From Octopus sinensis (taxonomy: Eukaryota), in assembly GCF_006345805.1 (NCBI RefSeq), contig NC_043006.1, positions 34,906,001 to 34,970,000 on the forward strand: a stretch of 64,000 bases of DNA. Direction: 5' to 3'. The position numbers and the translations under genes are program-made. The notes under the pieces are model-generated. The model ran no database searches. It saw only the letters and a program-made list of their open reading frames with translations, and was not told the DNA's origin. This document shows positions 12,456-25,559 of the stretch, piece after piece (within the stretch, counting starts at the first letter, position 1; every line of letters starts with the position of its first letter).

Positions 12456-13504
12456 GTCAGTATATGTATTGTTTGTTATACAAGTCATAAACCAGCACCA
12501 ATAATATGCCACCAGCTGTCGCAACCCTAACAGCATTTCCACACCACCAAACCATAATTTTTTCTCAATTATCACAGAAATTATCGACAGTAAAGCAGAA
12601 ATATTCTCTCACAACAAATCACAAATCCTACACAAAACGCTAACGTTTTACCCGACGTTACTATCACTCCACCATACCACTGCGGAGTAACTACCACTGT
12701 AATCACCAACACTACTGCAGTCGCTGCTACCGCCACGGTTCAAAAGGAAAATGCAACTTTTTCCAGACAGTGTGATAATCATAATCAATTTGAGAAGTTT
12801 CCCAGCTTAGAATATTCACAGGAAAAAAATCATTTCCACAAAAAATATAGATACAAAGATAAAAGTAATATGAAAAATATATATTGAAGAACGTCAATAT
12901 AGATTTTGTGGAATATTCCAGATAAATAATTAATATTTTATTTATTCTAATATATCACTGTTTTTTATTTAATATACATATTTTTTGCTTGCCGTATATA
13001 CGTGCACACACATATATATATGTATATATATATACACACACATATATATATGTATATATATATGCACACACATATATATATATGTATACATATATATATA
13101 GATATATACATATATATATACAAACATATATATGTATGTGTGAGGGTGCGTGTGTGTGTGTGGAGATATATTTGCATATGTTTATAGATCTTCTTTATTC
13201 CCTTTGTGGTTCCAGACATTGGACTGGAGGCATCGTGCGTCACCATCTGTAGGATTTTAAATCATTCACACGCATCAACACCTATATATATATATATATA
13301 TATATATACTATATTTATACTATATATATTATATATATATATATATATATTATATATATGTCCGTCTGATGATTATTTCAACAAAATCTATTTATCGAAC
13401 CTCCAGTTAAGGGGCAGTAAAGCGGTACACAAAGAAATAAAAAATTGGTATACAGTATAATCCCGGCCGCCCAAACCCATACACGCTCACACAATCACTG
13501 TCAA

Positions 13505-13544
<40 letters not shown>

Positions 13545-13545
13545 A

Positions 13546-15018
13546 TGTATTTCACGTTCATTAATATAAAAACATTCATTCCTTATATTATTGCGGCGTT
13601 ACGTGCACCCCCCCGTTTTGTTGTCCAATTTTAAACCCTGCACGACTTCTATACACACTGTCTTTCCTACCGCCATTGCTTTCTCACACCAAACTTTTTG
13701 GCGCCCTCCGATTCTTCCCCTCTCTTCCTCCCATCCTCCTCCCCTCTTCCTCCCATCCTCCTTAATCCCTCTTTCTCCTTTTCTCTTGGTCACTGATTCT
13801 GTCCCCTGCCTTCCACCCTCTTTGATTTTCCCTCTCTCTCTGTCTCTCTTTCTCTCTCTCCTGCGACCTGCTGCTTCTTAAACCATTCTGTTGGCCTTCG
13901 TATCTCGACCAACATGTGTCCCCGCTACCGAAACGGTAATATTTCTACGCCAGCTATGTTGTTGTTGTTTTTGTCTCATTTGGTCTAAAGTCGTATGACA
14001 ACCACCGTTATATATTTTTTTTGTTTATTCATTACTGTTTTCAATTTCGTTTTCGTCTCTTGTATTCACATCCGTCTTGTGCGTTCACATTCCTGTCTTC
14101 TACCAAGAAATCTAATGCTTACAGCTTAGTTTTTTTTCTTGGGGCTGGCCGAGTTGGAGCAAATATCAGAATTGAACAGCCGAAATTTGCTATGATGATT
14201 CGGTGTCTGACTGAAGATTGAAGGCTTCGAATGATTTGTCTGTGTTCCGTGTTCGTCCCTTCCTGTATTTCACGTTCATTATATATAAAAACATTCATTC
14301 TTATATTATTGCGGCGTTGACGTGCACCCCCCCGTTTGTTTGTCCAATTTTAAACCCTGCACGACTTCTATACACACTGTCTTTCCTACCCGCCATTGCT
14401 TCTTCACCAAACTTTTTGGCGCCCTCCGATTCTTCCCCTCTCTTCCTCCCATCCTCCTCCCCTCTTCCTCCCATCCTCCTTAATCCCTTCTTCTCTCCTT
14501 TTCTCTTGGTCACTGATTCTGTCCCCTGCCTTCCACCCTCTTTGATTTTCCCTCTCTCTCTGTCTCTCTTCTCTCTCTCTCCTGCGACCTGCTGCTTCTT
14601 AAACCATTCTGTTGGCCTTCGTATCTCGACCAACATGTGTCCCCGCTACCGAAACGGTAATTATTTCTACGCCAGCTATGTTGTTGTTGTTTTTGTCTCA
14701 TTTGGTCTAAGTCGTATGACAACCACCGTTATATATATTTTGTTTATTCATTACTGTTTTCAATTTCGTTTTCGTCTCTTGTATTCACATCCGTCTTGTG
14801 CGTTCACATTCCTGTCTTCTACCAAGAAATCTAATGCTTACAGCTTAGTTTTTTTTCTTGGGGCTGGCCGAGTTGGAGCAATATCAGAATTGAACAGCCG
14901 AAATTTGCTATGATGATTCGGTGTCTGACTGAAGATTGAAGGCTTCGAATGATTTGTCTGTGTTCCGTGTTCGTCCCTTCCTGTATTTCACGTTCATTAT
15001 ATATAAAAACATTCATTT
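13546..15018 (+). mobile_element. Head-to-tail dimer of a 718-bp non-coding unit (retrozyme/Penelope-like non-autonomous element candidate)
   Basis: tgtatttcacgttcatt recurs at 13546, 14264 and 14982 (period 718). The units are near-identical, flanked by (TG)n and (TA)n, contain a polypyrimidine tract, and carry the HHR-like motif near each 3' end. Confidence 0.75.
14143..14232 (+). ncRNA. Hammerhead-like motif with non-canonical strand order (copy 1; copy 2 at ~14861-14950)
   Basis: ggctg(14143)..agcaaa-UA-tcaga(14158-70)..cagcc-GAAA-tttgct(14177-91)..tctga-CUGAAGA(14206-17). Confidence 0.5.
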
Positions 15019-15123
15019 ATATATATATATATATATATACATATATAAATGCATGCATACATACATATATTTGTGTATTTGTGTGTGTGTGTGTGTATGT
15101 GTGTGTATGTGTGTGTGTGTGTG

Positions 15124-15166
<43 letters not shown>

Positions 15167-15173
15167 TGTGCTG

Positions 15174-15965
15174 CAGTGTGTTCGGGCTAAAGCTGACAGT
15201 TTGCATACAAAGAAAAGAAAACAGAATCTCTCATCTCAAATTAGAAGTCTTTTCAAAAATTTTTTTTTAAAAAAAGCATCAACTAGATCATGGCTGGGAA
15301 ATAACAGTTTACTCAACGTGGCCGCCCTCAGCTTCCACCACGGCCTCAACACGTTTCGGGACCCTGGCGCATAAGTTTTCCACTGTGCTGGAGAAGATCT
15401 TGTTTACATCTTGATCTTAGCCGCGAACTCGGCCTTGCTGTTGCAGGCGGAGCGGTTTGTATCTTTCTCGGCGTATCCCACACATGTTAATAAATGTTAT
15501 TACAATCCAGGAATTATGAGACCAATTCTGACTCTTTATGGAGCCGAATCTTGCAGCCACACATTAGGCTTTCCACATGCAAACTTCAGCTGCTGGGGAT
15601 CGACTGAACTGAGACTGAGACCCTGTTCAAACATGTGGGTTGGCATGACGTCACCTGCCTCTGCAGATATACACAAAGTGCATCACAGTTTGGGAAACTC
15701 AGATTTCCTAATATCTATGTCACGTCTTACGGTCTATGCAGTGTTCACAGATGTTTGAGCAGCAGGCATGGTGTGAGTAATGTCATACCCGACGTCGCGG
15801 GTAATACTTCTAGAAGATTCTATTCCTCCATGTCCGCTAACGTTTTCTCAACTACTGCTTTAATCGTTGTGTTCGCCAACGCTATTGACAGCTCACCAAT
15901 ACATCAAGTTGTTCCTGAAAAAAAATAAAATAAAAAATTGCCCAAGTTGGTCCGAATACCCTATA
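15174..15965 (-). mobile_element. Tc1/mariner relic, probably maT (DD37D)-like
   Basis: The minus strand ends with VGYAEKDTNRSACNSKAEFAAKIK and NLCARVPKRVEAVVEAEGGHVE*; imperfect TIR-like ends cagtgtgttcgggctaaag / (rc) tagggtattcggaccaac. Confidence 0.7.
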
Positions 15966-16391
15966 TGTGTATTCATATATATATACACGCACGCACACTC
16001 ACACACACACATATATATATGTATTGGTATATATATATATAGGGTAAATTGTTCAAAAGACCTCAATAAATCAAACTCTGGTGCTGTTACGTCTGGTGTG
16101 TGAGGAGGGCATGGCAAAGCTGCTATTCCAATGAATTTAACTTCCCTTGTCTTATCTTTTCAGAATGTAATTGAATTATCATAATCCAAGTTGTCTCCCT
16201 TTCAGTTGACTAGAGCTCTTTTTCCCGTCTGCATTTTCCGTGGGGGTTAATGACTGACACGTTCAAATTGGTGACAATGAACGTTATTTTCATTATTTCT
16301 ATTTGACGGATATTTGTCTTCATATGGTGTAGTCGATAAGAGCTCGGACTACTAACCCTGAGATTCCCTTACGATTCCAAGCAGTGACCTC

Positions 16392-16435
<44 letters not shown>

Positions 16436-16457
16436 TAATAATAATAATAATATAATA

Positions 16458-16496
<39 letters not shown>

Positions 16497-16504
16497 CAAC
16501 AACA

Positions 16505-16660
16505 TCGAAAAATAACTTAGGAAGGAGAAGCCAGGTTCGAAATTTCCCCAAGACACATGATTAAGGCTGTGTCGAAACGTTGTGTTAACAACCCACAAGA
16601 TGAGGACAAATATCCGTGAAATGTAAATGGTGTACATAATTCCTCATGTTTTAGATATAT
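16505..16660 (+). mobile_element. Penelope-type repeat terminus with decayed hammerhead
   Basis: gacac-atgatta-aggctgtgtc-GAAACGTT-gtgtt (16551-16586): stem I acac/gtgt and palindromic ACGU stem III are retained, but the CUGAUGA block is mutated and stem II is partly deleted. Confidence 0.5.
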
Positions 16661-17999
16661 AACTATGGTGACAGTGAAGTTTTGCAGTGTTGCTTTTACC
16701 CTTGTTGGAATAAATTAATTTTGTACTAGACAAAACGCAAAGCAACATCTCTTCTGGGTACAGATTTGATTCAATTCAGATGTTGGAACTGGATTTCGTG
16801 TGTACGATAGCCACTGCTTCGTGTCTTTATCACAAGTGTAAAGTATTTATTGCTTGAAAATTCTGGTCACTTGAACAATTTACAATTTGAAAACATCCAG
16901 AAGCAGCGATAATTTCGAAACGGCACTGCAAATGTATTTCTCTTCAAAAGAACATGATTTTTGCTTTTCTTTTGCCCGTGAAATCAGAAAACTGATTTAG
17001 AAGTCCGAAAATACTGTTGTTAACGATGGAAAATATATTTTGAATGAAGAAATATACTTACTGTATTTACGACATGTTTAATGCTTATCGAAAACACTTT
17101 ACATAGAATAACACAGTACTTTTCACTTCCGCTAATATGTAGATATATATCTATATTCCTCAACGTACGTATATCAATAGGAAACCAATCATTTACTGGG
17201 ACTGCTGATATTGAACAATAACAATGCAGGATTGGAGTCCTTCTTATCGACTAACCCTTAATCAACGACAACTGCTGGCCTTGGGCATTGTAAAACATAC
17301 TCTGAACGTTTGATGGCCAAGCGTACTAGTTTTATTTCACTTATTGCTTACAGATTATAAGATGAGTAATCTGGAGTTTAGCACACTTTTGTCTACATTC
17401 TTTAGAATATACAATGTAAATTATATAATACACTGAAGAATATAAAATATAGCTACAGAAGTACCGATACCCAGAGGAAACTTGTCACAAATTGTAAATT
17501 ACTATTTAAAAAAACCGCACACGCATGTACATGTGTATGTATGTATAAACATGTATACGTATGTGTGTATTTAAAAATTTTTTTTTTATTTGACCTAGAA
17601 TAGTCATTCCTATGATTAGCATTGTGTTATTATCAGAAAAGTAGCGTCATGCTGTTTAAGATGGCAGTAGCTCGAAGGTATTTCGGGCAGCTGTCAATGA
17701 CATGCAGAATGCCTTCATATAAAAAAAAATATATATATATATATATGTTTACACACGTACATGATTGTAGATTTATCTTTGCGTATCTGTGTGAGTGTGT
17801 GTGTTCGGGCTAGTGCATTCATATAATGTTGCATATATATATATATGGAACATGGAAGGGTTTCGTTTAAGTAAGTCTGTAATCCTTTATGCAGTGTGTT
17901 AGCCGGTGTTTGCAGTAATGCTGACGGCGGAAACTACTACGATCTCTGAATCCACTTTGATCTGATTTATACACACACATACACACACACGCACACATT

Positions 18000-18031
<32 letters not shown>

Positions 18032-19318
18032 CATGTATGTATGTATGTATATATGTACGTATGTATGTACGTATGTATGTGTGCATGTATGTATTGAAAC
18101 AAGAATCCATGAAAAGTGCGTGTACTGTGTGTGTGAAAATTTATACTGATAAATGTAAACATTTAGCGCCATCTTTAGGCACTCCTTCACTACCAGAGAG
18201 TGATAGACTGTTAACGGTCGTATAAGAACACCAAATATGTACTTTCTGAAAATTAAAAGTTTCAGTTTAATTTGTACGATAGTTTTTTCGTTTGTCGAGA
18301 GTTCAACTAATTATATACAAATTTTGCATTTATCTGGTGAAACAAGACTTTGTCAAAGTAGCTTAAACTCGTGAAGCTTTACCATGAAACAAATGAGCAA
18401 TAATTTTTTTGCTTATTCCTTACGGACTAAAAGGATAAATGATCATGGATAATCCTATTCGAGGTTTGGACTGTCTGAGACCACGATAAACAGGCATCTA
18501 TATCACGCTTGTCACTGAGAAGTTTACTACAATGCCACATCACATTCAAAATATATTTGGGACTTGAATAGAGATCTGTAAGCTAAACTGGAAAATGTTC
18601 ATCGCCAGTAAATTTTAAGGTGGAAACGCCAGAGACTAAATATTATTTTTTTGTAATATAGAAGTCAATAAAATGTTGTTTTCTAAGAATGCCTTACTTA
18701 ACACACATTCTCAAATAAGCACTTTTTCTAATCACCCCAATTATACAATTGTGTTTAATATACTTCATATACAACGATTTCCTATGTAACAGTAGTGGTT
18801 GTGTACAATCTTACTCTGACTACGAACCACGTTATCCGTATCTTATTGTATATTTATTTATTGATGAAATACCTATTCTCTTCTAAAATTATTCATATGA
18901 ATTCTCACTCTTCACCTGGCTTTTTCTCTTATTATTTATTGTATTTCGTAGTTTTATTAGCTTTGCACCTTTATTTCCTATATTTCCGATACTCGCATAA
19001 TTCCGAAACACTTATTGATATGCGAATGTTTCTATATAATTATGAACGCATCCAATAATTGTATAATTATCTATTCTCTATCATATATACATGTATATGT
19101 ATGACTACGTCTATATATATATACACACACAACATATATATAATAATATATATATATATATACATACATATATATATACGTATATATATATATATAATAT
19201 AATATATATATATATGTATATATATATATGTGTGTGTGTATGTATATATATATATACATATGCATTTATATATATATATATACGTATACACACACGCGCA
19301 TATATATATATGTATATA

Positions 19319-19366
<48 letters not shown>

Positions 19367-19383
19367 ACATATATATAATTGTG

Positions 19384-19415
<32 letters not shown>

Positions 19416-19728
19416 TCTCATACATTTTCATTTTATATCACAGTTCCCTAATATTATCATTTACTGCGGCGGATGTAATTTCTACTACAAAGCTGAAATC
19501 CGAAAGTCTATTAAATTTTCTTACCAACCATTCCAATGTGCACTTTCGTAGAAATCGATTCTTATTTATCTATTAGCTGAATTTCTTTTCCTCTTCATCT
19601 AGATTTTTCTATGGCTCATTAACACGTATCTTATATTTTTCTCCAATCATCATCAGCGACGTTATTATTACAACCGTCACTTTTTTCTATTATCCTTCCA
19701 TTTATAACAATAAATCTGAGTATTATTA

Positions 19729-19782
<54 letters not shown>

Positions 19783-19803
19783 CATTGTTGTTGTTATTAC
19801 TAC

Positions 19804-19844
<41 letters not shown>

Positions 19845-19869
19845 ATTATTATTAATTATTATTATATTT

Positions 19870-19926
<57 letters not shown>

Positions 19927-20527
19927 TACTTATTATAAACCTTAGTAGCAATTCCGAACATTGTATATTTCGTATTTGATATTATGCTTTGCTTTATTTT
20001 CTTTTTTTACCTCTGTTTTGGTATGGTTTTCTATTTATTATTGAGAACTTTAATGTTTAGAGTAATAAAATACATTTACATTAGTTCTCAAATTCTGTGA
20101 ATTTATATATATTTAGAAAAAAACTGTTTCGAGAACTCGTACTTTAAATTTATGACAATTTCTGAATTTTTTTCTTTATGCTTTATAAAAATGTTTATCA
20201 TTTCCTAGTCAGTCATATTAGTGAACTTGTGGCTATATTCGGAGTTGCATTATCTTATAATGTAACTGACAGTGGTTATTTTTTAACACACACATATATA
20301 TATATATACGTATGTATGTATGTATGTATGTATGTATGTATGTATGTATGTATAGTATAGTATAGTGTAGTATATGTACGGATTGAACAGCGTAAACACT
20401 TAATATTTACGAGTTTTTTATATTAGCAATATGACAAATTATAGCCTGTTGTAGTCTGTTTACGTGTGATCAATTGCATTCTTTCTGCTTTGCACTTGGT
20501 GATATAGACGTCTGCGATGCGTACAGT

Positions 20528-20830
20528 GGAGGCATATGGCGTAGTGGTTAGAGCAGAGACTCACGGTCAAGGGATCGCGGGTTCGAATCTCAGACCGGGT
20601 GATGTGTGTGTTTATGAGCGAAACACCTAAGCTCCACGCGGCTCCGGCAGAAGGTAATGGCGAACTTCTGCTGACTCTTTCGCCACAACTTTCTCTCATT
20701 CTTTTTTCCTGCATCTTGCAGCTCACATGTGACGGACCGGCGTCCCGTCCAGATGGGCAACCTATACGCCAAGGAAACCGGGAAACGGCCTTTATGAGCC
20801 AAGCATGGCTCGAGGAGGAGCAAATAAATC
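20528..20830 (+). mobile_element. tRNA-derived SINE family C (V-domain-like core)
   Basis: A box ggcgtagtggttag, B box gggttcgaatctc; central tgtgacggaccggcgtcccgtccag resembles the V-SINE domain as I recall it; a second copy lies inverted at 25560-25850. Confidence 0.75.
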
Positions 20831-20929
20831 TCCGATGCGTACAACAGACACACTATATGTACAGGTACCAAATTAACACTAATGTACAGGTACCAATATG
20901 CCATTTGATAATTTAAGGAAATTTAATAT

Positions 20930-21310
20930 TTGTTTAATTTAGAATGTGTATCCAATGTTGCCTCCCCTGGTTCGGAAAAATCCAGAAAGGCGTTGGAACC
21001 AAAGGATCCGATAAATCGATGTTGGACTTGTTTTTATTGAATCTTATTCTAGCACTAATATGGTCACACTTTACACGATAATTTTCTTCCTTTTGATCCA
21101 ATAACTTTTGAGAGAAATTATCGATAGGAGATTCCTCTCGGAGTCCACAGATGTTCTTACGAATTTGATTGCACTGCAATCTCTATTAATACCCGCTGTT
21201 AGATCCTTAAGACGATGCAGAAAATTTGTGATTAAAATTACGACACAATATTCCATACTGAACCCAGCGTAAATTAAATTAGAAGTACATTTAATTTCCA
21301 ATTCACTATT
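20930..21310 (-). mobile_element. Highly degenerate CR1/L2-type RT C-terminal fragment
   Basis: Minus-strand pieces MEYCVVI and QCNQIRKNICGLRE resemble LEYC..VW..E.VQ..F.R.I.GL; multiple frameshifts. Confidence 0.4.
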
Positions 21311-21446
21311 TCTTCCTTTCACCCTTGTAGGGCGACTGAATAATTACCATGAAGCATAGGAGTCGATGTAATGGAAACCCACATCCATCTAAATTTCAGT
21401 ACCTATGCCAATCATTAAAATGGTTATTATTATTATTATTATTATT

Positions 21447-21816
21447 CAGTAGTTTTATTTTTATAGCGTGCTTTCACTTCACTACCGAGCGCAGCTCTGT
21501 GTGCCTTGGGTATGTGCTGTGATTTTTTGTGATGCTCTGATGGTTATTGTATGGAAAGTGTTCTGCGTAGGATGTGTGCAGTGCCTAGTAGTGCAATTTC
21601 TGTATGTTATATGTGTTGTAAGTCCTGGTGTTTTGTTATGTATTTGTCTGAATATTTTTATCATGCCTATGCACCTACTATGATAGGAATTGTTTCTGTT
21701 TTCCGATTCCACATTCTAGTTACCTCTATTTCCAGGTCTTTGTATTTTGAGAGTTTCTCCATTTCTTTTAGAGACACGTTGTCATCTGCCGGTATTGATA
21801 CATCAATTAGAAAGCA

Positions 21817-21820
<4 letters not shown>
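21447..21820 (-). mobile_element. 5'-truncated R4/Dong element (RLE C-terminus + 3' UTR) in (TAA)n
   Basis: KCFLIDVSIPADDNVSLKEMEKLSKYKDLEIEVTRMW; nearly identical to 41349-41730; (TAA)n on both sides. Confidence 0.9.
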
Positions 21821-21871
<51 letters not shown>

Positions 21872-21882
21872 GTTATTATCAT

Positions 21883-21941
<59 letters not shown>

Positions 21942-22235
21942 TTACTACTACTATAGGGAGGCAAGCCGGACAAAGCTGTTAGCGGTATTGGGTTCGTCTC
22001 TACGTTCTGAATTTAAATTCAGCCAAGGTAGATTTTGTCTTTCATCCTTTCGGAGTCTGTAAAATACGTACCAGTTGAGGTACTGGGCCCATGTAATCAA
22101 CTTAATCCTTCCACGAAATTGCATTCCTGGTGCTAAAATTTGAAATCACTATTAATACATATGTAGGAACGCATAAACACAAAACCACAGGGACTGGCGC
22201 ACGTTGACGCTCGTACAAACATACATGTATATATA

Positions 22236-22290
<55 letters not shown>

Positions 22291-22630
22291 GTGTTGTGGT
22301 GTGGTGTGTAAGTGTGTGTGTTGTAAGTGTGTGTGTTTGTGTGTGTGTGGTGTGTATCAAAAGAAAAACAGGACATAAAGGATTGTGCGGTACATATGTT
22401 TCTGGCTTTATTGAATTATTTATATCAATGCATAATTGATATAACATGTAAGTCAACAGCCTTCTTCAGCCGCGTACAATTACCAAACCAAAGGCATGTA
22501 TTACATTATAGCAGGTTTGAGAAAAAGTTTATATATAAAATTAAACAAGGGTAGATTTTGATATTAATCAATTAAAACCAATGCCCTAGCATATTTTTTT
22601 TTAAAATCCGAAGATTAAAAATTTTATACA

Positions 22631-22766
22631 TACAAAATTTAGAGGAATGACCATCAATAGTGGACAGTCTGTATGCTAGATATAGACGTTATTAAATGGC
22701 GAGTTTGACGTCTATATCTGGCATACAGGCTGTCCACTATTAGTGGTCATTCCTTTCAATTTTGTA
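22631..22766. repeat. Long near-perfect hairpin / palindromic MITE-like element
   Basis: Arms 22631-22691 and 22706-22766 with a 14-nt loop; the mismatches in the inner stem are U.G wobbles on the + strand. Confidence 0.8.
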
Positions 22767-22788
22767 TATATATATATATATATATAAT

Positions 22789-22830
<42 letters not shown>

Positions 22831-23294
22831 TGTAGATTAGTAATGATGGAAAGGTATACATATCGTTTCACTTTTCTAGTTTGAGGAATTGATTTTGGAA
22901 AACATCTCGTATATTTCCATTATCGTTAACACTGCAAGTACAGTTGTGTTATTGTCAAACGTGTGATGTACACGGCGACATCCATCCGTCCTGTTATTGC
23001 AGGAACATATGCAACTGATGTTTATTTGATGAAGTCTTTATCAAAGTGCGTTATTCAAGACAACTTCAGAGTCTTCACTGAAGACGAACACATCAGAATT
23101 TACCAATTAATTGAATTATTCGGAATTTTTTTTTCTCTTTTTTACATCAAAGTACTCCAGTGAGACGTGAATCTTTCCGACTTTTTAGAGAAACCGAAAT
23201 CTAAAATGGTTGCTATATTTTTATGTCTTTATGTAAAAGCCACAGAGTGGTTGTATCCGAAAATGGAGCCGAAATAATGTAATCTATTATCGAC

Positions 23295-23560
23295 GCGTGA
23301 TGGTGCGTGGCCGAGTGGTGAGAGCACAGCACTCGCAATCGTTAGACAATGGGTTCGATTCTTGGACCGGGTGTCACATTGAGTTCTTGATCAAAACACT
23401 TCATTCCAGGTTGTTCCGGTACATTCAACAGTCAATGGGTAACCCTGTGACTGAATAGTCTTCTAACCAGTGGGGTTATTGGCTTGCTCGACTAGCTAGT
23501 ATGATGGCGTCTTTCGAAAGTTAAATCAATACAAAGCGTATTGTGACTAGCGATAGTTCG
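23295..23560 (+). mobile_element. tRNA-derived SINE, diverged
   Basis: A box tggccgagtggtgag, B box gggttcgattc, then gttcttgatcaaaacacttcatt, similar to the 63143-63440 family. Confidence 0.6.
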
Positions 23561-23723
23561 ATCGATACCATCATACAATTATTATTGAGACAGAGAGTAG
23601 GCGGCGAGGTGGCAGAATCGAGGGTGTGCTGGACAGAATGCTTAGCGATATTTCGCCCGTCGCTACGTTCTGAGTTCAAATTCTTTCGGGGTCGATAAAT
23701 TAAGTAATCGATTAGTCCGATAG

Positions 23724-23806
<83 letters not shown>

Positions 23807-23862
23807 CAGAGAGAGGGAGGTAGATAGATACAGAGAGAAATAGATAGATAGAGAGAGACAGT

Positions 23863-23896
<34 letters not shown>

Positions 23897-23952
23897 CAGA
23901 GAGAGGGAGGTAGATAGATAGAGAGAGAAATAGATAGATAGAGAGAGACATT

Positions 23953-24014
<62 letters not shown>

Positions 24015-24268
24015 CAGATAAATAGCTAGATAGATAGATAGATAGAAACACACACACATTCATACATACAAACATAATACATGCATACATGCATATGCAT
24101 AAAAACCATACCTACATATATATGCACACATACACAAAAATGATAGGGTAAACATCTTCAGGGAAGCAGATACCGTAACTCAATTAACGAAGATTAATTT
24201 ATATTGCCAAACAATTTAAAATGAGATTGAACGTTTACACACACACACACACATATCTAGATGGTGTC

Positions 24269-24324
<56 letters not shown>

Positions 24325-24439
24325 TATAATGTATGTATATATATATACATACACACACAAGCGCTCGCACCACACAGGGTAAATAGTACATGAGAGTGTT
24401 TAATTACATATGTGTATATTTGTGTGTGTATGTACGTAT

Positions 24440-24485
<46 letters not shown>

Positions 24486-24782
24486 GATCACCTACTTCCC
24501 CCCATCCGTTTAAAGTATAACTCATATGCTTATTTGATCATTTTTCAGTTTGTATTTGAAGAATTTTTTATTCAAAATAACGTTATATATAAATCAGTCC
24601 TGTATAATCAAGCAGCAGCGGTTGCAACTAAAACAGCAGCAGCAGCCGTAGAAGTCGTAGTAGGTGGCTGTGCTCATGATAGTGGTGGTGGTGCTAGTTG
24701 TGGTGGTGGCGGTGGTAGTAATTGGAGCAGTGTCGATGATGATGATCTACATGAACGATTTCTGTCTATTGACAAATGTCAT

Positions 24783-24843
<61 letters not shown>

Positions 24844-25139
24844 AGTGGTCGTGGCGGCGGCGGCGGTGTTGGTGATGGCGGAATTGCCAGTGATGAATCT
24901 TCTTAATGTGAAAATAACGTGGTCATAGAACGTGAGTTAGTAGGATCGCTGATAGTTGAAGAGAATAGCAAAGAGAATTTTGAAGACAGAGACGAGTGGG
25001 GCTCCGCGGACCAGTGCCGGTCCGTCAGCCATCAGCTGCCGGTACATTATAGAATGCTTATAAAATGCTTATGTAACATTGAATTATTTGTTTACGAAAT
25101 AAATATAAGATAAATAATGTCAACTTTTATTATATTCAT

Positions 25140-25291
25140 TATATATATTGTTTCCGGTATAAATTAATATTACTAAGAAATATTACCAGTCCTTGGCACA
25201 ATGGAAAAAACAAAGTGCTGGGACGCCACATCAGGTTTGAGAAGCACTGACATAGACAACAACGACGACGACGATGATGATGATGATATGA

Positions 25292-25325
<34 letters not shown>

Positions 25326-25336
25326 GGTGGTGGTGG

Positions 25337-25376
<40 letters not shown>

Positions 25377-25377
25377 A

Positions 25378-25413
<36 letters not shown>

Positions 25414-25458
25414 GTGATAAGGATGATGATGATGATGGTGATGATGATGATGATGATA

Positions 25459-25492
<34 letters not shown>

Positions 25493-25510
25493 GGTGATGA
25501 AGGAGGAGGA
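25140..25510. repeat. (GAT)n/(GGT)n trinucleotide array
   Basis: About 240 bp of GAT/GGT/GAC repeats at 25260-25500; other trinucleotide arrays at 24600-24900, 27955-28085 and many (TAA)n runs. Confidence 0.85.
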
Positions 25511-25559
25511 AGAGGATATTAATTCGTAGTCCCCAGTCAACCTGCATCCGGGTCGTGAG

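Noticed and set aside
13365-13410. ctgatga..gaac as an HHR
   Set aside because: No stem I or II pairing and no UH site.
14218-14913. 231-aa ORF in the 718-bp unit
   Set aside because: Low-complexity Leu/Ser/Pro/Phe product of a pyrimidine tract; the frame is not preserved in the first unit.
16700-16930. Minus-strand YTCDKDTKQW.. as a Sushi/CCP-like exon
   Set aside because: Bounded by in-frame stops with no compatible splice acceptor or donor.
19459-19516. Possible HHR (ctgcggc-ggat..atcc-GAAA-gtct)
   Set aside because: Two core substitutions and no U at 16.1; at best a dead relic. The same applies to 38054-38092.
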